A DNA stretch of 28,842 bases, taken from positions 1 to 28,842 of the IMG/VR virus record IMGVR_UViG_3300011417_000318; one strand, 5' to 3'. The stretch comes from a virus. Its lineage: Duplodnaviria > Caudoviricetes. This document shows positions 17,801-24,911 of the stretch, piece after piece. Below the pieces are notes generated by a model, which was given only the letters and a program-made list of their open reading frames with translations, ran no database searches and was not told where the DNA came from. The stretch's first letter is position 1. The number at the start of each line of letters is the position of its first letter. A program made the translations under genes and the position numbers.

Positions 17801-20800
17801 GCCTTAGAAGGTATCTCTATATCTGACATTACAGCCAGATTATAATGCCCTCCAGTATACTGTGTATTTCCATCTCTACCGGGAGAGATTTCACCACCAA
17901 GACGTTTAGAGATGTTTTCATAGGTTTGATACACTTCATCCATTACATCTACTGGCGCATCAGGATCAGGCTTTTTGTACTTATACTGTGTTGCAGGATC
18001 AGTAGTAAACAACTGAAACAAATTAGTATCATGCAGCATATATGCTACAGCCATTTCAGTGGCAGCATAATTAACTACAGCTCCGGCAGGAGTGATATCT
18101 TCTTTGTTGCCAATTTGTTTTTTAACCCAGGCATTATAATGTCCATCCAGATATTCTAAACTGGTAATAACATTGTTTTTATCTTTATGCAGCATGCCAA
18201 GATCTTCCCAGTTTTGCAGTGTATAAGCAACCTCTGTAGTGATAGTAGATCTTATAGCATTGTTAATTAGTGCTTTATAAGCAGGATTTGTAGTAACATC
18301 TTTCTTTAAACTTCTGGCTACTTCTTTACCTGAAGGGTCTAATTGTATGTTAAACAGATCATCTATTAAGTTTAGCTGTGGAAAAATATAAAACAAACGC
18401 TGCCCTTTTGCATAACCTTTGATATTAGGAGGATAAGTTTCATCAAAAACCAGCATGCGGTTTATTTCAGGCATGACAGCATTGTTGTATAGCATGTCTA
18501 CAGTAGCATCATCAATTTGCCCCTGAGCATTTAAACCAATCCCTGGTATAGGCTTTTCAAACAAGACCATAGTGTTCTTGTCAGATAAAGTCATATGAAA
18601 CAACTGTCCTCTTCTGGCACCTTTTTCAGTTTTAGTAGCCCTGTTTTGAAATAACATGAACTTGGTAATCATGTGCTCCCGGGCATCAAGATCCTCGAGA
18701 GAATTTTTATTACCTGTAGGTATGCCTTTTTCTATAAGCATACTTAAGCTGGTATAAGCAACTTTAAAGTTTTTATTAAAGTCACTTTCAGCATCGTAGA
18801 TTAACTGCCCCTGATCATTTCTGGCAAAGTTATTTGTAGCTGTATCCCACACCAGCATTTGCCGAAGCTCTTGAGAGTACTTACCGGCAAATGGCGAAGC
18901 AACAAGTTTCTCCATTAATTCCAGATCTGCAGTGTCAGCTCCTGCTACACCCCCTAATTGCCTGGCTCTGTCAAATAAGTATTTGTTATCTGCATAACTG
19001 AAAATAGATTTGTTACCAGACTTGTGAGAATTGCTTAATGCATCCAGGTTATACTTAGCATCAAAACTAGCTAATCTGTGTATAGAGCTTTCCCTGGTTA
19101 AAGGCATGTTTTCAATAAACACATCACCTTTAATATCCTGGATATTTTTTAAAAACTTATAAATTCTCCAGAACTCCCCGTCATCAGCATAGAACATGTT
19201 TCTATACTTATGCTTGTTCTTCTTAGGATTAGGATCTTCCCGGATCCCATGTTTTTTTAAATCTGCTACAACGCCTGGAGATAAGCTTATACCCATCCAG
19301 CTTAGCCAGTTTTCAATGTCAAAATCTTTAACATCTACATCTGCAGTTTCTTTACCATGAGGTCTGTTGCCATCAACTAGTAACTGTTTTTCAAATATCT
19401 CAACAAGCTCATCTATTTCAGCTTTTTTATAAATTGCTCTGCCTTCTTTTAAATCAGCTCCGGCATAATCTGCAGCTATCGCAGATAAGTATAAATCATG
19501 CTCCCAGCGATCTTTGATAACTTCGACTTTAGCATTATAGTTATCATCCCTGACATAGCCTTCATAGATTTTATCTGCAAAGCCGCTTTGTCTGCTGACA
19601 ACATACAAATGCTTCATGTTAACATAATGCTTTGACATAGTGCTGACAAACTCAGCCTGGATCTGCTCATCAGCAGCCATTAAACTACGTCTAACAATAG
19701 CCAAATACTCAAATCCTACTTTGTCAGACATCTGATCCAATACATCCATCATCTGATTAAAGTCAGGATCTCTATCAGCAAGCAATGCAGACAAGGTTCT
19801 GTATAATCTTACAGGTTTGAAATTAGGATGTTGATCTTTTTGTACTAAATAATGCCGGGAAGTATCTTTGATGCCCCCCAAAAATCTTCTGAACCTCGAG
19901 CTTAAGCCTTTGGCTGGATCCTGTTCCAGACTATCCATAGTCCAGCGTTCTTTGACACTTCTGCTTTCATCCGGATTACTAGCATCATCAGAGTCCCGCT
20001 CTGTATCTTCTAAAGATTTAAGTTTGTTGTTTTCATCAGGATCTTTTTGCTCATAGGTATAAGTCTTGAAATTAAAACTAAAATCCCGCTGTAGATTATG
20101 CTTTATTAAGTTCTGCATAATCTCCCAGTTGGCTAAGCTATAACTGGCAATGTTATGGTTTTTACTGCCTTCAGGAGAAATAGTTAATCTTTTTTCAAGA
20201 TTAGTTTTAAGCGTTTTAAAATAATTTTCAATAAACAGCTTTTCCTGCTTGTTAGATAAAGCTGCATTAGCTGTATCATTTTGATAGGCATTAACAATAG
20301 CATTAGTCCAGTATTCAAGTAAGTCTCTGAGTGAGGCATTATCAAAATGCTCTGACTTAGGTAATGTATACTTAGAGTTAATACCCTGGTAAGCTGTTTC
20401 AGATTTTAATAAATCTTGTTGTAATAGCTTTTCTGTTGCAGATTCTTCTTGAATGTTTTGCTTAGTTTGATTTTCAGTAACAACTACTTCACCAGTAACA
20501 GCAGTTTTCACATTTTCTAAACCTGGCAAAGCATCTTCAGAAAACAGGCTATCTAGTGTAGCCATGTTTTGCTTGTCTATATCTGTATGTTTAACAGGTC
20601 CAGCTACGGGTGTAGTTGTTACTGAAGCTGCTGCAGGGGCTACAATATGATTTACAGCATCGTCTAAAGTATCAAACCAAATAATATTTTTTATACCCTG
20701 ACCTTTAATACCAAATTTACCTGCAGGAGAGTGTATAATACCTAACACCGGAGCTTCCTGAAACAATCTTACATCTCCTGAAGATAAGGTTTGAAACCTA

Positions 20801-23800
20801 AGATCTTCCCCAAGAGATTTTTCAAAGGCTATATCTTCCGGAGTAAGTGCTCCACCAGGTGCGGCTGCAGCTTTTTGTTTTTCAAGCTTTTTAGCTTCCT
20901 TGATAGCTTTAGCTCTGGCTTTAGCTGCTTCTTCGCGCTCTTCTTCAGTAGTGACAGCATTTTCAACACCCATTGCGCTAGTGTCAAATTCTATGATCTG
21001 CTGAATAGTATATACCCAATTATCAGGCTGAGTACCTTCTGCAATGTTCTGGCCTATTACATTAGTTGTCCAGGCATTTTGTTTGAGATAGCTTAAATAG
21101 CTGTTACCGGGAGCAAGTTCAGCTACTGAGTTATCCGGATTGATTATAGGCAGCTTTACGTTTTTATCATGCAAAAACCTTAAACTGGTATGTTGGTATC
21201 TGTTTGCTAAGTGCTCTTTCCAGGCCTGCATAAATTGTGTATCATCTACCCTGGGTGCTACACCTCGGGTACCAGATCCAAACTGTAATCCATTTTTGCG
21301 ATTAAACTTATGCGCAAAGTAATCTGATGGCAGTGACTTGTACTTTTGTAAGAAATACTTATCAAAATCCAGGTCTTTGGCTTTTCTGGTTTCACCTGTT
21401 TCAGGATCTACTTCAACAGCTGTGTTCTGTGCTGTATGATTATAAATAAAAAGCTCTGTGTAATTTATAATACCTTCTTCTGTGGTGATATCAAAATTAA
21501 TAGCAGAGCCGTCAGCAGCTTTTACATTTTTCTGCATCTCTACAATAGCTTCTGCTATAGCAATGTCTTCCGGGGTAAGCTTTTTATCCAGTGCATGCAG
21601 AAAAACTTCACTAGCTCTGGCAACGCTGTCAATAACATTAGCAGAAAGTTTTTCAACCTTTAAAGGTACAGCCCAGTATTTTGTTAAGTTAGGCTTAACG
21701 TTTTTCTCTACTGGTAATAAAACATAAGTAACACCAGATCTGAGCTTATCCCTGTTTAGTACATCCTTGTCTGTATCCCGGGTAGAAGTCTCACTGGCCA
21801 GCAACCTGTTTTTATAAAACACTACATAGTCTAAATCAGGATCTTTCAGGTTTACACTTACCGGTGCAGCTTGCTTATTAGCATCCAGGAACAACTTACC
21901 TAAAGTGCGCTGTGTAATCTTGGTTGTTACACCAGCAGGCCCTGCAGCATGTACAAAATTTCTGATATGAATAACTTTTTCAATTTCTTCTGCAATCTGA
22001 GCTGCATCGCCTTTGACCCGAGAGGAATTAATCCAACTGGGAAGATGTACATAGCCTATAGGTGTAGTATCATTGTTTTTTCTATATATCCCTATTGGCG
22101 CATTAGCAGCTAATGTAGCTGGTTTACCGGCATTTTGTGTTTCAAAATCTGCCCAGGGTATGGTAATATCATTACCTGCTGCATCTTTTACCGGTACAAC
22201 ACCATTAAGATCTATTTTTAAAACAACATCATCGCCTATCTTCAATGTCCTGGCATCTAAAATACTAGGATCTTTTAACTCATCGTTAAGTTTGTTATCA
22301 ACATCAGCAAAACCTTTGCTCCAGGTTTCAGGATTTATGACAACATCATAAACTCTGGATAACCAGGCCATCACATTATTAGCCCTGTCAAGCTTGTTAG
22401 GCTGATTAACTACTGGAGCAGTTTTGCTTACCAGTGTAGTAGCTGCAGCATCCAATCCGGTTTTTTCCAGGTTAAGCAATACCTCGTCTGCTGCAGCATT
22501 ATCAGAATCTGTAAATACTCTTTCATTAGGCTTGCCTAAATTAGTATCTGTAGCTACAGCAGCATGCAATACATTTCTATATTCTGTGAGTACTGCAGGA
22601 TATTTTGCCATCAACATCTCTTCTTCTGTAGTATAAGTTATAGCCTGCCCTACAGGAGTATTGATTTCTTTGTTGATAACTGCTTTTAAGCCAGCACGCT
22701 CTTCATCTGTAATACCTTGTTGTTTTAAAGTTGCATCAAAAGCTGCAGCATTTTTTGCATGCTCTGCCTGCACTTTAGCTGCAATGTTATTGCTTTGCTG
22801 CTTTACAGCTGCAGCTCTGATCTTGTCCGCTTCTATTTCAGCTTTTTGTTCTGCCTGCTTAGCTTCAACTTCCTGGCGTAATTTATTCTGATATGCGCTG
22901 GTAGTTTGCTGAGAATAAGTAGTATTTAAACTATCTAGTTCTTTTTGAGCATTTAGTTTAGCATTGCGGGTTTTTTCTAAAGCCTGAACTTCAGGTAGAT
23001 TTTTAGCAGTAGCAATTAACTCTTTGCGATAGGTAATAATATCTTCATCAGTGCTGTTTGCTAGTTTTTCATAATCAGCTTCTTCTAGCCTGGCTAATTC
23101 AATATCACCAAGATAAGCTGCTTTTTTGTTACCTTCTGTTCTGGCTAACAACTTTTCTGTTCTGTTTAATCTGTCAACAGCTTCCTGAGCATTAGCAGCC
23201 AGCTCACTTTCTTTGTTAGTAAAAAAGTTTAACTGTTCATTAACACGCAAAGCAGTAGCTCTGTTTTTATATAACTCAAAACTATTGTTATATCCTGCAG
23301 TTTTGTTGTATTGTTTTTCCAGTGCTGTTAATCTTTCCTGCATACGTCTTGCAGTATGCTTGTAATATGCCGGTGATTTTGGATCTAGTTCTGAACCTGT
23401 AAAGCCATTTTTCAAAGCCTCTTCTTCAGTAAGCTTTTCAATATCTTGATAAGCTTTTTCTGTGTATTCAGCTGTACCTGATTGAAAGCTAGCATGCAAC
23501 TGCTCATCCTGGATCTGATCATTAATATTCTGCCAGGCAGCTATTTGGTTATTATCTACAGGCTTGCCTTCTTCTTTTGCCTTTTGAATATCAGCTTCTA
23601 AAGCAGCACGCTGTTGACCCAGTATAGTCAATGTTGTAGCTGCAACACCAAGATCCCGTACACTTTTTAGTTTATTTTCATTTCGTAGATCTTCGTAGCC
23701 GGTTCTTACTGCTTTTTGTTCAGCTTCATAGGCTTTCTCTACGTCTTTGCCTCCACGTATTGCTGTACCTGCTGCTATAGCTCCGGTCTGTGCTACACCT

Positions 23801-24909
23801 CCTAGTGCACCAAGAAAACCTGCTTCAAAACCTCTTGCTGATAATACATCATCTACAAATTTTTGTGCAGTGGCTCCGGTATACTCTTTACCTTCACGTA
23901 AAGCTTTACCGTATTCTTCTCCTCTGTTACTTGCATAAAAGTTTACAGACTCTTCTAAGTATTCTTGTCCGCCTTCTAAGATTAACTTTTGTGGTGTAGA
24001 CAAACTTCTTACAAGATTTCTGGATCCTCGAGCCCCTTTCATGATACTGGAAACACCAGTAAGATTTAACAAGATATTAGCCCGGTTAATGTTTAACGTA
24101 TGTCCTGCTGCAGCACCTGCATTGATCTTAGCCTGCTCTTCGGTAAGTTTACCTTGCTCTACCAGCTTCATGTTTTTTTCTAACTCTGAGCCATAAATCT
24201 GAGTAGCTTCTAACATGCCTTCAGCATGATTTAACAAAAAGGCATTAGTACCTAACGCAGTAAGTTCTGCACCTTTATTTAATCTTTGTATGCCAGTAAC
24301 AGCATCTGTGACAGTAGTTAAAGATCTAAGCCAATTTGTGGCTTGCATACCTTTTGTAAGCAATCCGCCAACACCAAATCCTAGAATAGCAAACTCTGCT
24401 GCAGATTCCAGCAAACCACCACCATTATCTGCCCACCATTCTGTACTACCTATGTCTAATGGCTTATCGGGATTTTGCTTGTAGATAGGAAACAAGTCTT
24501 GATTAGTACGCTTCTTCCATTCATCAGCCCATCGGGTTACTGCATTACCTACTTCATCCTGTTCGGTAATACCTGCCATGTAGTCTTCGACATCTGCCAT
24601 GCCGGCTACAGAACCTATTAAGCCAGGAACTATATTCAAACCTATTCTTCCCAGCATATTGCCAAACTCATCCAAGCCACCTTGTTGTACAGCCCGGGCA
24701 CGTTCTTGATTAGTACCTTCTATTAGGTTTTGATCATAATCAGATCCGCCTTTAAAGCCTGCTCCTGCAAAACTACCTGAAGTATCTTTTGGAAGATTTA
24801 AATCTGCAAGTTCTGCATCTCGTTTAGACTTAAGTAATCTTAATGCTTGAATCTTATCTGGAGAAATTCCACTTGGATTTTCAACATTACCAGCAGGTCT
24901 TTTACCCAT
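8803..24909 (-). CDS. Giant virion-associated protein containing a crAss-like two-barrel DNA-dependent RNA polymerase, a zincin-like metallopeptidase domain and membrane segments
   Basis: 5368 aa uninterrupted. Beta'-like RIPNQG (R2831) and DFDID (aa 2870-2874, nt 16288-16302); beta-like TDGA (D2395) and candidate conserved lysines K2461 and K2480; HELVH (aa 3842-3846, nt 13372-13386) with downstream NLAEF; Gly-rich hydrophobic segments near both termini. Confidence 0.9.
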   Translation of the reverse strand: MGKRPAGNVENPSGISPDKIQALRLLKSKRDAELADLNLPKDTSGSFAGAGFKGGSDYDQNLIEGTNQERARAVQQGGLDEFGNMLGRIGLNIVPGLIGSVAGMADVEDYMAGITEQDEVGNAVTRWADEWKKRTNQDLFPIYKQNPDKPLDIGSTEWWADNGGGLLESAAEFAILGFGVGGLLTKGMQATNWLRSLTTVTDAVTGIQRLNKGAELTALGTNAFLLNHAEGMLEATQIYGSELEKNMKLVEQGKLTEEQAKINAGAAAGHTLNINRANILLNLTGVSSIMKGARGSRNLVRSLSTPQKLILEGGQEYLEESVNFYASNRGEEYGKALREGKEYTGATAQKFVDDVLSARGFEAGFLGALGGVAQTGAIAAGTAIRGGKDVEKAYEAEQKAVRTGYEDLRNENKLKSVRDLGVAATTLTILGQQRAALEADIQKAKEEGKPVDNNQIAAWQNINDQIQDEQLHASFQSGTAEYTEKAYQDIEKLTEEEALKNGFTGSELDPKSPAYYKHTARRMQERLTALEKQYNKTAGYNNSFELYKNRATALRVNEQLNFFTNKESELAANAQEAVDRLNRTEKLLARTEGNKKAAYLGDIELARLEEADYEKLANSTDEDIITYRKELIATAKNLPEVQALEKTRNAKLNAQKELDSLNTTYSQQTTSAYQNKLRQEVEAKQAEQKAEIEADKIRAAAVKQQSNNIAAKVQAEHAKNAAAFDATLKQQGITDEERAGLKAVINKEINTPVGQAITYTTEEEMLMAKYPAVLTEYRNVLHAAVATDTNLGKPNERVFTDSDNAAADEVLLNLEKTGLDAAATTLVSKTAPVVNQPNKLDRANNVMAWLSRVYDVVINPETWSKGFADVDNKLNDELKDPSILDARTLKIGDDVVLKIDLNGVVPVKDAAGNDITIPWADFETQNAGKPATLAANAPIGIYRKNNDTTPIGYVHLPSWINSSRVKGDAAQIAEEIEKVIHIRNFVHAAGPAGVTTKITQRTLGKLFLDANKQAAPVSVNLKDPDLDYVVFYKNRLLASETSTRDTDKDVLNRDKLRSGVTYVLLPVEKNVKPNLTKYWAVPLKVEKLSANVIDSVARASEVFLHALDKKLTPEDIAIAEAIVEMQKNVKAADGSAINFDITTEEGIINYTELFIYNHTAQNTAVEVDPETGETRKAKDLDFDKYFLQKYKSLPSDYFAHKFNRKNGLQFGSGTRGVAPRVDDTQFMQAWKEHLANRYQHTSLRFLHDKNVKLPIINPDNSVAELAPGNSYLSYLKQNAWTTNVIGQNIAEGTQPDNWVYTIQQIIEFDTSAMGVENAVTTEEEREEAAKARAKAIKEAKKLEKQKAAAAPGGALTPEDIAFEKSLGEDLRFQTLSSGDVRLFQEAPVLGIIHSPAGKFGIKGQGIKNIIWFDTLDDAVNHIVAPAAASVTTTPVAGPVKHTDIDKQNMATLDSLFSEDALPGLENVKTAVTGEVVVTENQTKQNIQEESATEKLLQQDLLKSETAYQGINSKYTLPKSEHFDNASLRDLLEYWTNAIVNAYQNDTANAALSNKQEKLFIENYFKTLKTNLEKRLTISPEGSKNHNIASYSLANWEIMQNLIKHNLQRDFSFNFKTYTYEQKDPDENNKLKSLEDTERDSDDASNPDESRSVKERWTMDSLEQDPAKGLSSRFRRFLGGIKDTSRHYLVQKDQHPNFKPVRLYRTLSALLADRDPDFNQMMDVLDQMSDKVGFEYLAIVRRSLMAADEQIQAEFVSTMSKHYVNMKHLYVVSRQSGFADKIYEGYVRDDNYNAKVEVIKDRWEHDLYLSAIAADYAGADLKEGRAIYKKAEIDELVEIFEKQLLVDGNRPHGKETADVDVKDFDIENWLSWMGISLSPGVVADLKKHGIREDPNPKKNKHKYRNMFYADDGEFWRIYKFLKNIQDIKGDVFIENMPLTRESSIHRLASFDAKYNLDALSNSHKSGNKSIFSYADNKYLFDRARQLGGVAGADTADLELMEKLVASPFAGKYSQELRQMLVWDTATNNFARNDQGQLIYDAESDFNKNFKVAYTSLSMLIEKGIPTGNKNSLEDLDAREHMITKFMLFQNRATKTEKGARRGQLFHMTLSDKNTMVLFEKPIPGIGLNAQGQIDDATVDMLYNNAVMPEINRMLVFDETYPPNIKGYAKGQRLFYIFPQLNLIDDLFNIQLDPSGKEVARSLKKDVTTNPAYKALINNAIRSTITTEVAYTLQNWEDLGMLHKDKNNVITSLEYLDGHYNAWVKKQIGNKEDITPAGAVVNYAATEMAVAYMLHDTNLFQLFTTDPATQYKYKKPDPDAPVDVMDEVYQTYENISKRLGGEISPGRDGNTQYTGGHYNLAVMSDIEIPSKALAAYQKLFKDDPEAAAQYAKLTSTDGAEFITLPEKLRFMREHAKLTPEQLDELDVIEKKYKKSITAIKAGKDPSEHYLDYNQLQLIFQVDKPIMVGTRYDKNVEAKLFVKSAAFTLIPELVKGTELEQLMAFMSNPDNPIDRMAMSSAVKLGAPVKALELFDAKGNFNQKAVLDPSDVIVVPRKYLRLQQETPYKENTEITRVSQVSKQAFVNILDVKGFRLPGVEKPYTGQELNKKYNQHFEYLYKSSYDELVKKLGITTDENGKVSLDYKKLNDVIQDELVARGYPAHDLDALEITRFPKEETDKNGNVIPLPEGVEPQWRFKMPIWAAAQSGKLESFLNSIISNKILKQKFNGYGFVLGPEGGYKFRESEEATDATGKKLKKGVLTDVKQLSKKLQGQIVFTDKFDPATGLKPALLNNGWNQVILPWKYKEDLKKYMVNGKLNPLMFDKELLKVFGMRIPNQGPNSTAAIEVVGFFPPSAGDLLVAPADFTKQMGSDFDIDKLYTYMYHSRVQNDGRLQRYDIPENATNEKSDRDEHQNKLLDIYLAINTNPDPKVQELINRPLTTEDLGDIAADFDAAKKARSLDEAKTGGKISPYDLSPASGNYQSFKYQASVVAGTAIGAFAVQNTFNALAQTVEGGLKMVSAWSLKPGEAHKYTKIKFGRDGDEDQEVFDGNLSQPKTKSGKYKSTNIAAMLSAALDNGNEPILGRLGVNMQNISVVNFLLQAGFELRTISNFINQDILQEYTKQLAIANGNHKKAFAIVTSQKQFAFEDEVFKNAGKEPASKENKAVPKGLPFTGTAVKEGSNPEWDEEAYTHSADTRNPVAERFWNFYNMGAEELFSYIALGEKASGYKEAQFALLRKFQSMSRKHASNLRQLQGLSNIDSKGIGANMFQSLLQQEDIESLGKERALDIENASKLFGDFKPAVAYENDPVGAKDLLDQGYVKGKDYYFKPSSIPGFAYAYGVITNNKIWQDHFPYAKFEVYDAIGQVSAKMRGGASTIFSKAEQYKKIFRELKGFVFTDNVVSPIDPAEARKLLLHDYSEQSEEGDKINHASLATIMFEVKNNPATQKLFRESMFLNSLYVKATPDKRMPKVIMFRQVADDETSNRDIYNEVYNLIKYPVDFGVFNGIKYTSRTFIEHLMLAANVSMTSAMQLNLMQYMPTELLVQAGYAEKLHQYDWTRLHQNGVDEPFRSTVQYFQHQPGLTPEIDLNQDIEDEFTIYGHSEITEEEIKQGITPEDAQAAAATKPENIKQFTLKADTADEELATFYHLKVGKKILLFQLTDKDLKQYSRISTLLNSATSNSHEYNANVAHATSIISENNPHALTVPAAFIGRQNLPAKNRSAGYNQAYNKDRANNIDNILAGYGVKKATYNLTTAQTDNMLEQIFSNSALPAYKLTAKWLQNMLTLPRHPFHVNVRFENLPDNKKGMARVSPKTGHIQIWINPYMVDSDNGKSDFEHTVLHELVHAVTKLAILQGEHLEGQHPEGVAGKLMPSQRRAYKNLNKLFKEYEAKYIHNATAQALLAKIKADPKSLTLEESQEALDYIYPGKNLAEFLSGIMLRPNLRQRLQNMQYSTDVASPKTFWERILDIFELLMGAMGLKQGSTSANAVKDIIFLAEEGNVNFANSDTLKIPIETYTEPVIPVVKTNLTGSITTEVNPELDVQSAEQIQSPAELEARQELYDKTTADRLQKIEEHLKENPPPQIGFGGAQLMSDDIANLLDNDALFESLPNISGSIAAAPEAGSTIKKPRQRTKKTGKTSKVTLKISRLLADREFTIRQLSKHEASLRADLRDSEKTKTKEDIKNLRKRIAKVKENREAAEAEWDKIAKLTKTESIVAVGEADMKAIADQLLHPGDLDMRDFHILRTRLNLWLNYDENFLDKADQKSLISQSLFKDVIAAAKTNDRKLLALQQNRIYNWSKDYLKRDISEEAFYSAMKDIGPLASFTLGLDNSNHPLTQAVAQAVQISEAEQVEEFFGIQQEIKTLFAKTANKENLTGKNYKNFFEVDDDGIFTGKLVRAYSAAFVAQKDALRSAVTTATNRKARSNARRALDKFRQENELFFDLRKLVKLPGFEEMHAEDAGKLEAELKKTMGEIKYNETLKEAEEAYQRYLMDAENQQEYYEAKYPEDPEHVKNAMKKWHSNNNVVDYWEYMTNPKNKKITSAISVYSWRYAFSIPKATNAAGQSQYSEQYLKLQQDADVAALHKYILDLLKKLRSYIPADQQREFAANSVPTVEKELVETLKTEGLVAAAVSLADKLKMGLTSKEQGEYLYGVNVNNRSLDIRVKSLANDIEVLYAQKVRDYEREFNTSLDVTKPADQQKLLQFKKAASEEVQKESSLDLPHLLALFSQALTIYRHKAKIEDPIRLAEETFISSVKENLENSAGEPIERQMPEGQSQPEHQKLSQENHIRMLNNYVNHFFGVKKPVELQTKTKLYTKKENVRVEDLRAELTKHQADLTSYEAELENLKSTTEGLSAEQAEERSKQVTEIDAKRARTAAAVEEITTQIAALGQYITGTGATNTLIQALIVKGLGWNVFGGLTNVFVGTMSNFVEASGGRWYNEKEMRQAMGIALNGTVRALSGSLYANQTTRKINQLMTRWDILKSVTKEQFRNETPTDNFLGNAHWGQVYKTTEYLNQSTVLVAMMLHTKIKDLEGKDSNLWEAFGETGEWDSKRFGDINAQDSPFKSKDRAFFKAKVDKVIRNNHGNYAKSFEIALKQKSLGKLLAVFRGWMFEGFRVRFEGESEEFVDDFKRKGRYLSYQGSSMGLGAAALGTAILPGIGTAAGFLLGSYLGNKFRDDSRFKEGFKNTSAFEELAWTTKYLIKKLSFGAIYGGVTLDERFNEVDAINLRRNMAEISFMLYVTGAMMALAYMLKGDEDDEDKRVLMYSLNVMHRLQQDLGFYSNPVTTMTILQDPMPALGLVSDSMNFIKHSAGLIVDPASDEIPTGIYAGDSKWFRSFQKMFPGTKAWQSFWNMTEQEIKDQ

Positions 24910-24911
24910 AG

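Noticed and set aside
8803-24909. Intein or intron inflating the RNAP gene
   Set aside because: The ORF is uninterrupted, I saw no Cys and no LAGLIDADG or HNH signature, and the R-to-DFDID spacing is normal.
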